A DNA stretch of 64,000 nt. Origin: Anaerohalosphaeraceae bacterium. Its GTDB lineage: Bacteria; Planctomycetota; Phycisphaerae; Sedimentisphaerales; Anaerohalosphaeraceae. Of the stretch, positions 40,539 to 50,291 are shown one piece after another. A program made the translations under genes and the position numbers. The stretch covers positions 1-64,000 of the forward strand of contig JBNRMN010000021.1 in assembly GCA_050309605.1 (NCBI GenBank), given 5' to 3'. Under the pieces are notes generated by a model that made no database searches, was not told where the DNA came from, and worked only from the letters and a program-made list of their open reading frames with translations. Numbering within the stretch: the first letter of the stretch is position 1; the number at the start of each line of letters is the position of its first letter.

Positions 40539-41627
40539 TTATTCAACGGTTACTATCTGGGTAAACGTCCTGCCGTCCGGGAACAATCCCTTTTCGTCAT
40601 ACACGGTAAACGTGAACTTCAGCGCCCGAGGGAAAAAATCCTGACGAAAAATAAAGCCGCCGGTCTTGCAGCCGGCTGCATTAAACCAATCCATCATCGC
40701 GGTGCCGCCGGGCAGTTGAAAATAGACGCCGAACTCATTGGCACCCATTGACTGGAAATCCGATGACACCGAGCCATTGCCGGCCGGATCCTCACTGGGC
40801 CACCAGCGTACACCCGCAAAGGCATTCTCCGGCAACGGTAATCCTGTTTCGGGATTCAGCAAGTCCTGACTTTTATAGGCCCACTGGACCTTAAATTCGC
40901 TGATGTGTTCTGACAGGAGTAAGTGGAGCGTCTGCGCCTTCTGCGCCTGGGTCATATCGATCATCGGGCGTCCGGTCAACACCATATCTCGCTCATTAAA
41001 AAAATTACGCAGCAACAAAGCTGTCGCATTTTGAGTATTCCGCATCAAATTTTTCCAGTGGGTTAGTGCCAGACGGTCGTACTCAAGCCGATTATTTGCA
41101 GACGGCACAAAGGTGTCCACAAAGTTTTCCGGATCAGGGAACAGCGTCAGTTCCAAATCCGAAGTCAGCACATGTGCCCGGCGGGATAACAGATCAGAAG
41201 ACGGCAAAGCCCCCACGTTCGGGCGGTATCCTTTCAAAAAAGTTCCCGCCGGATAATTCACCTCCCAGGCGTGGCCGTAGTAAATCCGCGACAGGTTACC
41301 CCAGACGGTTTTATCGGCATAGCGGTTGATGGTCTGAAAATTACCGTTGGCAAAAAACAGAATCTGATCGTAATGCCGGCCTGTCGCCGGATCGCGTTCG
41401 AACCGGATCGCCAGCGGGGCGTCTTTTCGCAGGCCGCGAACGTCGCTGAGCAACTGCTCTGCGATGACCTCGGCGCGGCGCGAGATTTCGATGGTCGAGT
41501 CGGCGGTGCGATGCGCTCGGACGGCGGCGGCAAAGATCACGCTGGACAGCGCCACCAGGATCACCACCAGGGTCATGGCGACCAGCAATTCAACAATCGT
41601 AAACGCTTTGTCTGTTGTCGTTTTCAT
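40539..41627 (-). CDS. Prepilin-type protein (PilW/GspJ-like)
   Basis: KA|FTIVELLVAM; C-terminal FPRALKFTFTVYD. Confidence 0.85.
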   Translation of the reverse strand: MKTTTDKAFTIVELLVAMTLVVILVALSSVIFAAAVRAHRTADSTIEISRRAEVIAEQLLSDVRGLRKDAPLAIRFERDPATGRHYDQILFFANGNFQTINRYADKTVWGNLSRIYYGHAWEVNYPAGTFLKGYRPNVGALPSSDLLSRRAHVLTSDLELTLFPDPENFVDTFVPSANNRLEYDRLALTHWKNLMRNTQNATALLLRNFFNERDMVLTGRPMIDMTQAQKAQTLHLLLSEHISEFKVQWAYKSQDLLNPETGLPLPENAFAGVRWWPSEDPAGNGSVSSDFQSMGANEFGVYFQLPGGTAMMDWFNAAGCKTGGFIFRQDFFPRALKFTFTVYDEKGLFPDGRTFTQIVTVE

Positions 41628-41639
41628 GGTATGCCGTTC

Positions 41640-42467
41640 TTACTCCAGCCGCATCACTTTTTGGCGCACCGCAATCACGGGATTGCGGGGGCTGCCGATG
41701 CCCGGCGGGATGACCCAAAACCGGAAGCTGTCTCCTGCTTCAGGCGGCACATAAGGCTCTCGCAGCACGAGCGTTTCGCGAAGGCCGTCGCCGTCCCTGT
41801 CTTGCGTTTCCTGTACATAATACAGCTTGCCGCTGCGGTCATCGACCAGAACCGTGCCGGCGCTGAAAAAGTCGTACTCATCACCCCACAACAAGGTCAC
41901 AATTTTCAACTCTTTGGGATTGCCTTCGTATCCCAAGCGCAGCGTCACCGGTGAAGGCCAAGGCCAAGGCCGTTCTTCGTCCGGCAATGGTCCCACGTCT
42001 GTACTTTTAAAACTGCGAAACTGAATATTCGGCGCGACTTTTCGGGTCACAAAGACCGTTACCTGAACCTCATTGTCGCTGAGTTTTCGGCACAGCGCCG
42101 ACCAATGGTACACGCGCTGCCGGTTGGAATCCTCGTTCGACTCATACAGAAACTCCTTCCACGACAAATCCACGTCCGACCAACCGGGTAAGCCGGCATT
42201 TTTGGCATTCAACAATCGGAGAAATCCCACGCTTGTCTGGTTCGGCAAAACCGGCCAATTCTCCGCGTCCGGAAGACCCCACAGCTTAATTTTGGCGAAG
42301 GCCTCATCGGCGGCGATGGCGCCGATGGTGCGTTCGGTCGTGATGCTTGTCAGTTTGATGCCGACCGGAAAGACCATCGCAATCAAGACCAGCCCCACGC
42401 CGAGAATGCCCGTGGCCAGCATCGCCTCGATGAGCGAAAAACCGAATTGTCGCCGATAAGGAGTCAT
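41640..42467 (-). CDS. Prepilin-type protein (PilV/GspI-like)
   Basis: FG|FSLIEAMLA...MVFPVG. Confidence 0.85.
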   Translation of the reverse strand: MTPYRRQFGFSLIEAMLATGILGVGLVLIAMVFPVGIKLTSITTERTIGAIAADEAFAKIKLWGLPDAENWPVLPNQTSVGFLRLLNAKNAGLPGWSDVDLSWKEFLYESNEDSNRQRVYHWSALCRKLSDNEVQVTVFVTRKVAPNIQFRSFKSTDVGPLPDEERPWPWPSPVTLRLGYEGNPKELKIVTLLWGDEYDFFSAGTVLVDDRSGKLYYVQETQDRDGDGLRETLVLREPYVPPEAGDSFRFWVIPPGIGSPRNPVIAVRQKVMRLE

Positions 42468-42499
42468 TCTTATATAGTTTTTAGTTCGTAGTTCGTAGT

Positions 42500-43099
42500 T
42501 TATTCGCCAAGCAGTTCGCCGGTATAAGGACTGACCATCAGTATTCTGGCCGAATCCGGATCATTATTCTCCGACAAATAAAAGCGGCTAACGCTCGGGA
42601 TATTCATACCGGAATCATAAGGTTCCGGCGGTATTCTGAACGGCAGGCGTCCTTTGTATCTGACAGGATGCGATGTCAGTCTGCCCGCCGCGTTGAAAAC
42701 GATAGGGAAAAGCGTATGTCGGGCACCTTCTATTTTTGCAAACACGGCAACGCCATCGGGCAAGGCAACGGCTTTTCGCCCTTCAACCGGTCGAAATCCA
42801 TACGCTAAACCTGTTCCGCCGGCCGACTCCGGCCTGCTGTCATGAACAATGAAAATCATATAAGTTTTTTCATCAGTCTGATGAAACCAGAGACCGGCAT
42901 AGGTTCCGTGTCGGACGGCGATGGCGCGGGCGTTGCTCATGGCGGCGCTGATCATCCCGCGTGCGCCGGCGCCGCCCTGGAGCGAGGACGTCAGCCGCTT
43001 GGCCGCGGGCACCGCCAGCGTCATCAAAATCGCCATGACCGCTACGGTTACCGTCAGCTCCGTGAGCGTCAGGCCGGATTGTTGCCTGTGTGTGCGCAT
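42500..43099 (-). CDS. Prepilin-type protein (FimT/GspH-like)
   Basis: SG|LTLTELTV, ARAIAV, IVFNAAG, SPYTG. Confidence 0.85.
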   Translation of the reverse strand: MRTHRQQSGLTLTELTVTVAVMAILMTLAVPAAKRLTSSLQGGAGARGMISAAMSNARAIAVRHGTYAGLWFHQTDEKTYMIFIVHDSRPESAGGTGLAYGFRPVEGRKAVALPDGVAVFAKIEGARHTLFPIVFNAAGRLTSHPVRYKGRLPFRIPPEPYDSGMNIPSVSRFYLSENNDPDSARILMVSPYTGELLGE

Positions 43100-43132
43100 C
43101 GCCGTGAAAGACCGTCCCGTTTCGGGGGCGTC

Positions 43133-44017
43133 TTAGTCCCTTTCATCAAAGTTAAACACATCGTCGGTCGTGCCGTACACCCCGTCCGGGCCGGCGCTGT
43201 GCAGGATAAACGACTCGGCCCGATACGGCCGGGGCGGATCGGTAAAATTCGGATTCCGCGTTCTTTGGTAAAACCAACCCGCTTCAATCGACTTCCCCGT
43301 GCGTGTAGCAATTACATTGCCTTCCGCATAAGCATAGGTGTTGGCCCCTATGGTATCTGCACTATGGCCTGTCTTCAGACGATTGGCACGATAATATAAT
43401 ATCGGCCGTCCTGTTTTACGGCCGGTTGTTAATTTGGCCGTCTTGAACACATCGGCCAGCACCAGACTGGGCGGCCTGTTTTGTGTCAAATCCTGATAGA
43501 TCGGGCCGTAATCGCTGAGCCGCACTGCATTGGCATTTTCCAATTCGAGGTACGGCCCCTTGCGAACGGCGCGATTCTCCTCGGCTGTCTGCACATAATC
43601 ATCACTGCTGCATATCACGCCGTCAATTGCGTTGTAAATCGTAGTATTGGGGGCCGTAGGGTCCAGAACCCCATCGCCGTCGATGTCCCCTTTGCCGTTC
43701 TCATGAAAACGGGAGGCGGGATGAAAGCCGAATCCATCGCGCCCGACCACCGCCTCGGCCAGACGCTGCGAGGCAGAATATTGGCCATAGCGTGGTACAT
43801 CCCACACACTGGGCGGGTAGTCGCCGGTATCGGAGCGGAAGGTTTCGAGGGCGATTTCAATGTTTTGAAACTGCGCCCGTTGTTTGACGATCATGGCCGT
43901 CTTGCCGACCTGATTAAACGCGGGGATGAGCACCGCCAGCAGAATCCCGATGATCGCCACCGTCGTCAGTACCTCGACCAGGGTGAAGGCTCGAATTGTC
44001 TTTTTGCTGTTCTGCAT
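43133..44017 (-). CDS. Long GspG-like pilin paralogue
   Basis: RA|FTLVEVL; SAGPDGVYGTTDD. Confidence 0.88.
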   Translation of the reverse strand: MQNSKKTIRAFTLVEVLTTVAIIGILLAVLIPAFNQVGKTAMIVKQRAQFQNIEIALETFRSDTGDYPPSVWDVPRYGQYSASQRLAEAVVGRDGFGFHPASRFHENGKGDIDGDGVLDPTAPNTTIYNAIDGVICSSDDYVQTAEENRAVRKGPYLELENANAVRLSDYGPIYQDLTQNRPPSLVLADVFKTAKLTTGRKTGRPILYYRANRLKTGHSADTIGANTYAYAEGNVIATRTGKSIEAGWFYQRTRNPNFTDPPRPYRAESFILHSAGPDGVYGTTDDVFNFDERD

Positions 44018-44038
44018 AATTATTATCCTTTTATCATG

Positions 44039-44091
44039 GACACAGATTCACACTGATTTCGGCTTGCTGTTCCTGTTTAATCCTCTGTGTC
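44039..44091. repeat. ORF-less copy of the GxxExxY cassette end
   Basis: GACACAGATTCACACTGATTT (20/21 to the reverse complement of 12153-12173), closed by TCTGTGTC. Confidence 0.75.
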
Positions 44092-44123
44092 GAAAAAACG
44101 AACCTCTGTTGACTCGATGTATT

Positions 44124-45074
44124 CTAATCAAAGTTGACTATGTCGTCTTTTGTGCCAAAGACGCCGTCCCAGCCGGCGGAAATCAGGATGAACGTACTTT
44201 GATTATGCGGCCTGAAAAAGCCGCGCGACGGGTTGCTGCCGGGCTGGGTGATCTGTTCATAAAACACCTGTGCATGGGTTTTGCCGGGGTCATCCGGGTC
44301 CTGATAGTGCCGATTCAGACCCGGCGTTACGCTCGTATCGCGCAGCCACGGCAATTCAAGGATTGCCCGATTGTCATCAAAGTTGTACGTCCATTGTCGG
44401 TAGTCGGCGGGAGCAGGGATAGTAACGGGCTGACGTGTGGTCGGGTCAATTCGAAACACTTTGGACGGATCGGCCTTGAAATACAAAATCGGCATCCCCA
44501 CACGTCCGACAGGCGTGTCATTGCGATTAAACACATCCGTAATGACGGGCGAACGGTATCGCATTTCAGACGGCGCGGAACCGGAATCATAAACAGGCGA
44601 ACCGCCCTTGACGCCGTCCCACAACTCAAAGAGGGTGTTGACGCTGCCGTATTTGAGTTCAAAATACGGCCCCTTGCGACGCGCCAGGCTTTCGGACGTG
44701 CTGCTGTACAGACTTGTGATCGGCGAATCGGGGCGATAGTGCGTATCGTCCGGCGGATACCATCCGGTGCGCGGCTCAAAACCCTGCTCGTCGCGTCCGA
44801 GCAGGGCCTCGACCAGATGCTGAGCGCCGGTGACCTGCTGATTGCCCGACTGATGGCGAACGGCTGAATCGGGGTAATTTTGAAAATCGCCGCTGAACAG
44901 TTCCAATCCGACCTTCATCGCGTGAAAGACGGATTTTTGCTGCAGGCCTTTGCCGATAATGGTCACCTTGCGCGTACCGACGCTGAAGATCATAATCAGC
45001 ATCGAGATGATCGCCACGACCGTCAGCAGTTCAATCAGCGTAAACGCCCTTAATTGTCTTTGCCTGTGCTGCAT
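44124..45074 (-). CDS. Long GspG-like pilin paralogue
   Basis: AAGGA SD; RA|FTLIELL; SAGWDGVFGTKDD. Confidence 0.88.
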   Translation of the reverse strand: MQHRQRQLRAFTLIELLTVVAIISMLIMIFSVGTRKVTIIGKGLQQKSVFHAMKVGLELFSGDFQNYPDSAVRHQSGNQQVTGAQHLVEALLGRDEQGFEPRTGWYPPDDTHYRPDSPITSLYSSTSESLARRKGPYFELKYGSVNTLFELWDGVKGGSPVYDSGSAPSEMRYRSPVITDVFNRNDTPVGRVGMPILYFKADPSKVFRIDPTTRQPVTIPAPADYRQWTYNFDDNRAILELPWLRDTSVTPGLNRHYQDPDDPGKTHAQVFYEQITQPGSNPSRGFFRPHNQSTFILISAGWDGVFGTKDDIVNFD

Positions 45075-45199
45075 TGTGTATTCCTTTATCAACGACCGCT
45101 GGTGGGCTGTACTCTCTGCAACAACCCGACAGTGCAAACTGCCGGTGCAAAACCCACAAGTTTACGTTTTATCGGGCAGCTCGCGCTGCCGCGTTTTTG

Positions 45200-45772
45200 T
45201 TACCGGTTCTCAATATCGTCCTCGGTTCCGAATTGGCCGTCCGGCCCGGCCGAGCGAAGCCGCGGGAAATGATCGCTCGGCACATACTCATACCGCAGGC
45301 TCATCCCCCAGGGGTCAACAAAACGCAGTAGGTTTTTGCGCTCGCCGTCGGCCAGTTGAATCACAATCGGCCGGGCGGCCGCATCTTCGGCACTGACCAG
45401 ACGGCTTGAGACGGCGGCGATGATGTCCCGACTGTGGGGGCTTCGGTTCAGCATCCAATACAACGCAGCGCTGGACCAATAATCAGCCGACACTGCGCCA
45501 TTGACCACGGTTATGGATGTTCCCGTCGCCACTTCAAAACCCGCTTCTGACGCCGCGTGAACCTGCGGCGGAAACGCTTGATAGTCTTCATAATACAACT
45601 GCATCGCCGTGTCGATGACGCTGAGCAGACTGTCGGCCAACTGCACCGCCGAACGGGTCTTGACGTATTGGCCCAGCCGGGCCGCGGCGCTGATCAGAAT
45701 CAGCAGCACCACCAGCGAGACCAGCACTTCCGTCAACGTCATCCCGAATTGTCGGCGAGTGGCAAATATCAT
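45200..45772 (-). CDS. GspG-like pilin
   Basis: FG|MTLTEVL; DPWG; SAGPDGQFGTEDD. Confidence 0.85.
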   Translation of the reverse strand: MIFATRRQFGMTLTEVLVSLVVLLILISAAARLGQYVKTRSAVQLADSLLSVIDTAMQLYYEDYQAFPPQVHAASEAGFEVATGTSITVVNGAVSADYWSSAALYWMLNRSPHSRDIIAAVSSRLVSAEDAAARPIVIQLADGERKNLLRFVDPWGMSLRYEYVPSDHFPRLRSAGPDGQFGTEDDIENR

Positions 45773-45818
45773 CAAAGACTCTTCATTCAAAATTCAAATT
45801 CAAGAATTAAGAATCGGG

Positions 45819-46796
45819 TTACTCGGCTTCGCGCGTGAAGTTAAAGATATCATCGGCGGTGCCGAACGAGCCGTCCTTGCCGGCTGACCACAGGATGAAC
45901 GACCCGGCCTTATACGGCCGTCGAACCGCCTGCACGTTCTTGTTGAGAACCATATCGTCGAAATTTTCAAATTCATTATTGCCCGTTGTATAAAGGGCAT
46001 GACCCGCTCCGGTATCCGGCATTCCCATTTCCAGTATGCGCTCATTGTCGGGGAAGTAATAGATGGAGTTTTCCATATCGGCGGCCGTTCGTGAATCCTG
46101 CTTCGTATGATGCGTTCTGGCCCTGAAATACAAAATCGGGGTACCGGTCTTTTTCGCGCCGGTTCCGGACCGCTTTCGTGAATAGACGTCGCAAAGCACC
46201 AAGGGATACTGATTGTCCCACGCTGTACTGAAAAAACTGCCTAAATTGGCCGCCGGCCCATACACCTCGTCCATACGAAATGCGTTGGCGTTTTCCAGCT
46301 CCACGTAGGGGCCTTTTCGCGCCTCAATATTTTCCCGTGCCGTCTGCCACGCTGCCTGAGAGTCATTGAACGCCCAATAAACGATGTATTCCTGACTATT
46401 TAAGTTTTTGTCCACCACGATGTTGGCCCCGTCCGCCCGGAAGTCGGAGCTGGGATGAAACCCCAGATAATCCAGCCCGACCATCGCCTCGGCGAGCTTG
46501 TTGGCGCCGAGATAAGGGGTCGGATCCGCTGTTTTTTGTGGACTGCTGGCGGTGTTGACATTATTGTCATTGGATTCGGGGTAGTCGCCGAAATCGGCCT
46601 TGAACATCTCCAGTCCCGACGTGATGGCGTGGAACTGGGCGCGCTGCTGAACTTCCTTGGCGCGATCTTTGACCAGGGCAAGTGCCGGCACGAGCAATCC
46701 GATCAGCAGTGCGATGACCGCCATGACCGTCAGCAATTCGACAATGGTAAAGCCTTTGTTTTGTCCGGTTCGCTTCATTTTTTTGTCCTTTCGCAA
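45819..46796 (-). CDS. Long GspG-like pilin paralogue (candidate major pilin)
   Basis: KG|FTIVELL; SAGKDGSFGTADD; first pilin after pilC. Confidence 0.88.
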   Translation of the reverse strand: MRKDKKMKRTGQNKGFTIVELLTVMAVIALLIGLLVPALALVKDRAKEVQQRAQFHAITSGLEMFKADFGDYPESNDNNVNTASSPQKTADPTPYLGANKLAEAMVGLDYLGFHPSSDFRADGANIVVDKNLNSQEYIVYWAFNDSQAAWQTARENIEARKGPYVELENANAFRMDEVYGPAANLGSFFSTAWDNQYPLVLCDVYSRKRSGTGAKKTGTPILYFRARTHHTKQDSRTAADMENSIYYFPDNERILEMGMPDTGAGHALYTTGNNEFENFDDMVLNKNVQAVRRPYKAGSFILWSAGKDGSFGTADDIFNFTREAE

Positions 46797-46846
46797 TGTA
46801 TGACAAGTTCGTTAAAACCGCAAATTTCTGTTTGTCTTCTGACAGA

Positions 46847-48103
46847 TTACATCAAGACCTGAATCATCGTGACCATCGGCAAAAACATCGCCAGTACAAT
46901 CGTTCCGACGACACCGCCCAGAACGACGATCAAGATCGGTTCGAGCATACTCATCATCGCCCCGACCAGCACATCGGCCTCTTCGTCGAAGTTGTCGGCG
47001 ACCTTCAACAGCATTTTATCCAGATCGCCCGTCTCCTCGCCGACGTCCACCATATTGACCACGATGGCATCGACCGTCTTGGACTGGCGGAGAGGATTGG
47101 CGAAGGTATCGCCCTGGCGAATCGCCTGATGCACCTTGCCGAGCATTCGGGCATAGACCTCATTGCCGCTGGTTTCGCGGGTGATGTTCAGGGCTTCGAG
47201 AATCGGTACACCGGCACTGATCAGCGTCGCCAGCGTTCGCGTCCAGCGGGCGACGGTCGTTTTATACGACACTTTGCCGATGACCGGCAAATGCAGCATC
47301 AGCCAGTCCAGTCCGAAACGGGTATGCCGGAACTGGCGCAGCAACCGGAAAATCGCCACCAGTATAAACGGCACCATCAGCACCATCAGCGCGTTTAGCC
47401 CCTTTCGTCCCTGGAGCCATTCGCTCATGGACAGCAGGGCCAGCGTCAGCCCCGGCAGTTTGCCCTCGCCATCGCTCATATCGGTCAGCACTTCGGCGAA
47501 GGTGGGGACGATAAAGATCATCAGCCCCATCACGATGACGAAGGCGACAAACAGCACCACCACCGGATAGACCAGGGCGCCTTTGACCTTGGCTTTAAGC
47601 CGTTCGGATTTTTCCATAAAATCGGCCACGCGATTGAGAATGACATCCAGCACACCGCCGACCTCGCCGGCGGCGACCATATTGACAAACAATCGGTTAA
47701 AACAGCGCGGGTATCGGCTCATCGCCTCCGAGAGGGTCGCGCCGCCTTCAATGTCCTCGGATACATAGCCGAGAATCCGCTTAAACGCGCCGGGTTTTTC
47801 CTGTTCTTCGAGAATGCGAAGCGAACGCAGAATCGCCAGGCCGGCGTCCTGAAGCGTCGCCATTTGACGGGCGAACTGGGTCAGCTTCTTGAGCTTGACT
47901 TTGGCGTTGACGCCGCGGCGCTTTGGAGCAGTCGAGGCCGCAGCGGCCTTGACCTTCCGAGGAGCATTTTGCGCACGCACCTTGGTGGGGAACAGTCCCT
48001 TGTTGCGGATCTTGCTGATGGCCTCTTTATTGCTGAGGGCCTCAATCTCCGCTTTGACTTCCTTGCCGTTTGCATCCAACGCGGTATATTGGAATACGGG
48101 CAT
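46847..48103 (-). CDS. pilC: Type IV pilus/T2SS platform protein PilC/GspF
   Basis: FARQMATLQDAG, AGEVGG, YPVVV, VGEETG, LEPILI. Confidence 0.93.
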   Translation of the reverse strand: MPVFQYTALDANGKEVKAEIEALSNKEAISKIRNKGLFPTKVRAQNAPRKVKAAAASTAPKRRGVNAKVKLKKLTQFARQMATLQDAGLAILRSLRILEEQEKPGAFKRILGYVSEDIEGGATLSEAMSRYPRCFNRLFVNMVAAGEVGGVLDVILNRVADFMEKSERLKAKVKGALVYPVVVLFVAFVIVMGLMIFIVPTFAEVLTDMSDGEGKLPGLTLALLSMSEWLQGRKGLNALMVLMVPFILVAIFRLLRQFRHTRFGLDWLMLHLPVIGKVSYKTTVARWTRTLATLISAGVPILEALNITRETSGNEVYARMLGKVHQAIRQGDTFANPLRQSKTVDAIVVNMVDVGEETGDLDKMLLKVADNFDEEADVLVGAMMSMLEPILIVVLGGVVGTIVLAMFLPMVTMIQVLM

Positions 48104-48232
48104 TGTTTATACCTCCCAAAAACGTCCCGAACTCACTGCCGAAACGCACATCAACCGGTTATATCAATCTCTTAAATGTCCTATTTCAAATTTTTGTTTT
48201 TTATTGTCATCCGCATGCTGCCGTCAGCTTGA

Positions 48233-49987
48233 TCATTCCTCGGCGGCCAGCGTTTCGCGGACGACTTCTTCAATCGTGGTGATTCCGTCATAAATCGCCG
48301 ACAGCCCGTTTTCACGCAGCGTATGCATCCCGGCGCGTTTGGCCGCCTCACGCAGGACGGCGGTCGAGGCGTGATTCATAATCAGATCGCGAATCTCATC
48401 GTTCATGGCCATGATTTCATACAGGCCTGTTCGACCGCGGAAACCGGTGTTGTTGCACTGGTCGCAGCCTTTGCCGTAATAGAAGGTTTTGTCGCCCACA
48501 TCTTCGGGCATCAATCCCAGTTCCATTAACTGTTCTTCTGTCGGGCGAAATTCGGTTTTGCAGTGGGTGCAGATACGCCGCACAAGACGCTGGGCAATGA
48601 TGCCTTCCAGTGTGGCCGTGACCAAAAACGGTTCCAGCCCCAAATCGAGCAAACGAGCCACCGAGCTGGGGGCGTCGTTTGTGTGCAGGGTCGAGAACAC
48701 AAGGTGACCGGTCAGGGAGGCCTGAATCGAAATCTCGGCTGTCTCCAGGTCGCGAACCTCACCGACCATCACAATATCCGGGTCCTGACGCAAGATCGAA
48801 CGCAGACACTTGGCAAACGTCAGACCGATCTCAGGGCGAATCTGCACCTGCACCAGACCGTCAATATCGTATTCAACGGGGTTTTCCGTCGTGATAATCT
48901 TGGTTTCCACATCATTCAGCTCCTTCAAGCAGGAATACAGGGTGGTCGTCTTGCCCGAACCGGTCGGGCCGGTCACGACGACAATGCCGTTGGGTTTGTG
49001 GATCAACTGGCTGACCGCTTTTAATTCATGTTCCCGCAGCCCCAGCATATCCAGCCGTAAATCCACCTGCGAGCGGTCCAGGACACGCAGCACCACGCTT
49101 TCGCCGAACATCGTGGGCAAAATGCTCACACGCAAATCCACGGGGTTGCCTCCGACCACCAGCGGAATACGTCCGTCCTGGGGCAATCGCCGCTCGGCAA
49201 TATCCAATTGGGCCATGACCTTGATACGGCTGCTCAGGGCCATCGCGATATGTTTGGGCGGCGGGACCATCTCATACAGCACGCCGTCGATGCGGTAGCG
49301 CATTTTGTATTCGTCTTCAAACGGCTCAAAGTGAATATCCGAGGCCTTGTCGCGAATGGCCTGGAGCAGCACCAGGTTCAGCAGCTTCTTGACGCCGGTC
49401 GAATCGGCCATTTCTTTCAAGTCGTCCAGATCGATGCTCTGATCGCGTCCCTGAAATTGTGTGAGGGAAACATCGCTCTCAATTTCGCCGATCAGTTCAT
49501 TCAAGCTCGAATCTTCTTCTTTGTAGTATTTATCCAGCGCCGCCGAAATCGCCTCCTCGTCGGCCACCTTTGCCTCGACCGAAAAGCCCATCAGTGTGCT
49601 CAGGTCATCGGTGGCCCGGAAATTATCAGGGCTGTCCATCACCACCGACAGCCGATTGCGCGACTTGTCATATTGGAGGGGGATAATCCGGTAAGTCCGC
49701 GCCATCTGCGCGGGGACATATTCGAGCACAGACTGAGGCACCTCGATATTTTCAATATCGACATACTCCATACCCCGCTGCCCTGCCAAGGCAATCTGCA
49801 AATCGCGTTTTTTAATCAAATTCTGCTCAAGAAAAATCTGGCCTAATTTGACCTTTCCTCCGCGTTCCTTTTGCAGGACGAGACATTCGTGGACTTTTTC
49901 GCGAGTCAGAAGCCCCATTTTAATGAGAATTCGTCCGAGCGAACGTCCTTTCAATTCAATTACCGGAGGTATTTTTCTTTTTGCCAT
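48233..49987 (-). CDS. pilB: PilB/GspE assembly ATPase
   Basis: ASDIHFEP, RLPQDG, GPTGSGKTTT, LRQDPD, TLHTND, Cys4 motif. Confidence 0.93.
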   Translation of the reverse strand: MAKRKIPPVIELKGRSLGRILIKMGLLTREKVHECLVLQKERGGKVKLGQIFLEQNLIKKRDLQIALAGQRGMEYVDIENIEVPQSVLEYVPAQMARTYRIIPLQYDKSRNRLSVVMDSPDNFRATDDLSTLMGFSVEAKVADEEAISAALDKYYKEEDSSLNELIGEIESDVSLTQFQGRDQSIDLDDLKEMADSTGVKKLLNLVLLQAIRDKASDIHFEPFEDEYKMRYRIDGVLYEMVPPPKHIAMALSSRIKVMAQLDIAERRLPQDGRIPLVVGGNPVDLRVSILPTMFGESVVLRVLDRSQVDLRLDMLGLREHELKAVSQLIHKPNGIVVVTGPTGSGKTTTLYSCLKELNDVETKIITTENPVEYDIDGLVQVQIRPEIGLTFAKCLRSILRQDPDIVMVGEVRDLETAEISIQASLTGHLVFSTLHTNDAPSSVARLLDLGLEPFLVTATLEGIIAQRLVRRICTHCKTEFRPTEEQLMELGLMPEDVGDKTFYYGKGCDQCNNTGFRGRTGLYEIMAMNDEIRDLIMNHASTAVLREAAKRAGMHTLRENGLSAIYDGITTIEEVVRETLAAEE

Positions 49988-50036
49988 AGCCTAACTCTCC
50001 GCGTCTTGATTCATCACATCGACGCCTTACATCATT

Positions 50037-50065
50037 ATTATACGGACGTTTTTGAAAAAAAGCAA
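50037..50065 (-). promoter_or_regulatory. Sigma70 promoter of the pilB-pilC-pilin operon
   Basis: TTGCTT-17 nt-TATAAT. Confidence 0.7.
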
Positions 50066-50291
50066 ACTTTTTAAGGATAGACACTTGGCATAAGAGACGA
50101 TTTTTTATGCCACTGTCTGCTTTATCGACTTATGACATTGCAGATAGGTCATTTTAATGCTGAAAAAGGATATGAGAGCCGCAATCAAAATAAATATCGC
50201 TTTTTTGAGTCAATAAATACATAGACACTTGGCGTACAGTACACTGGAAACCTATCTAAAAAAATCATTTTTTGGACTATTAAATGTCGTC

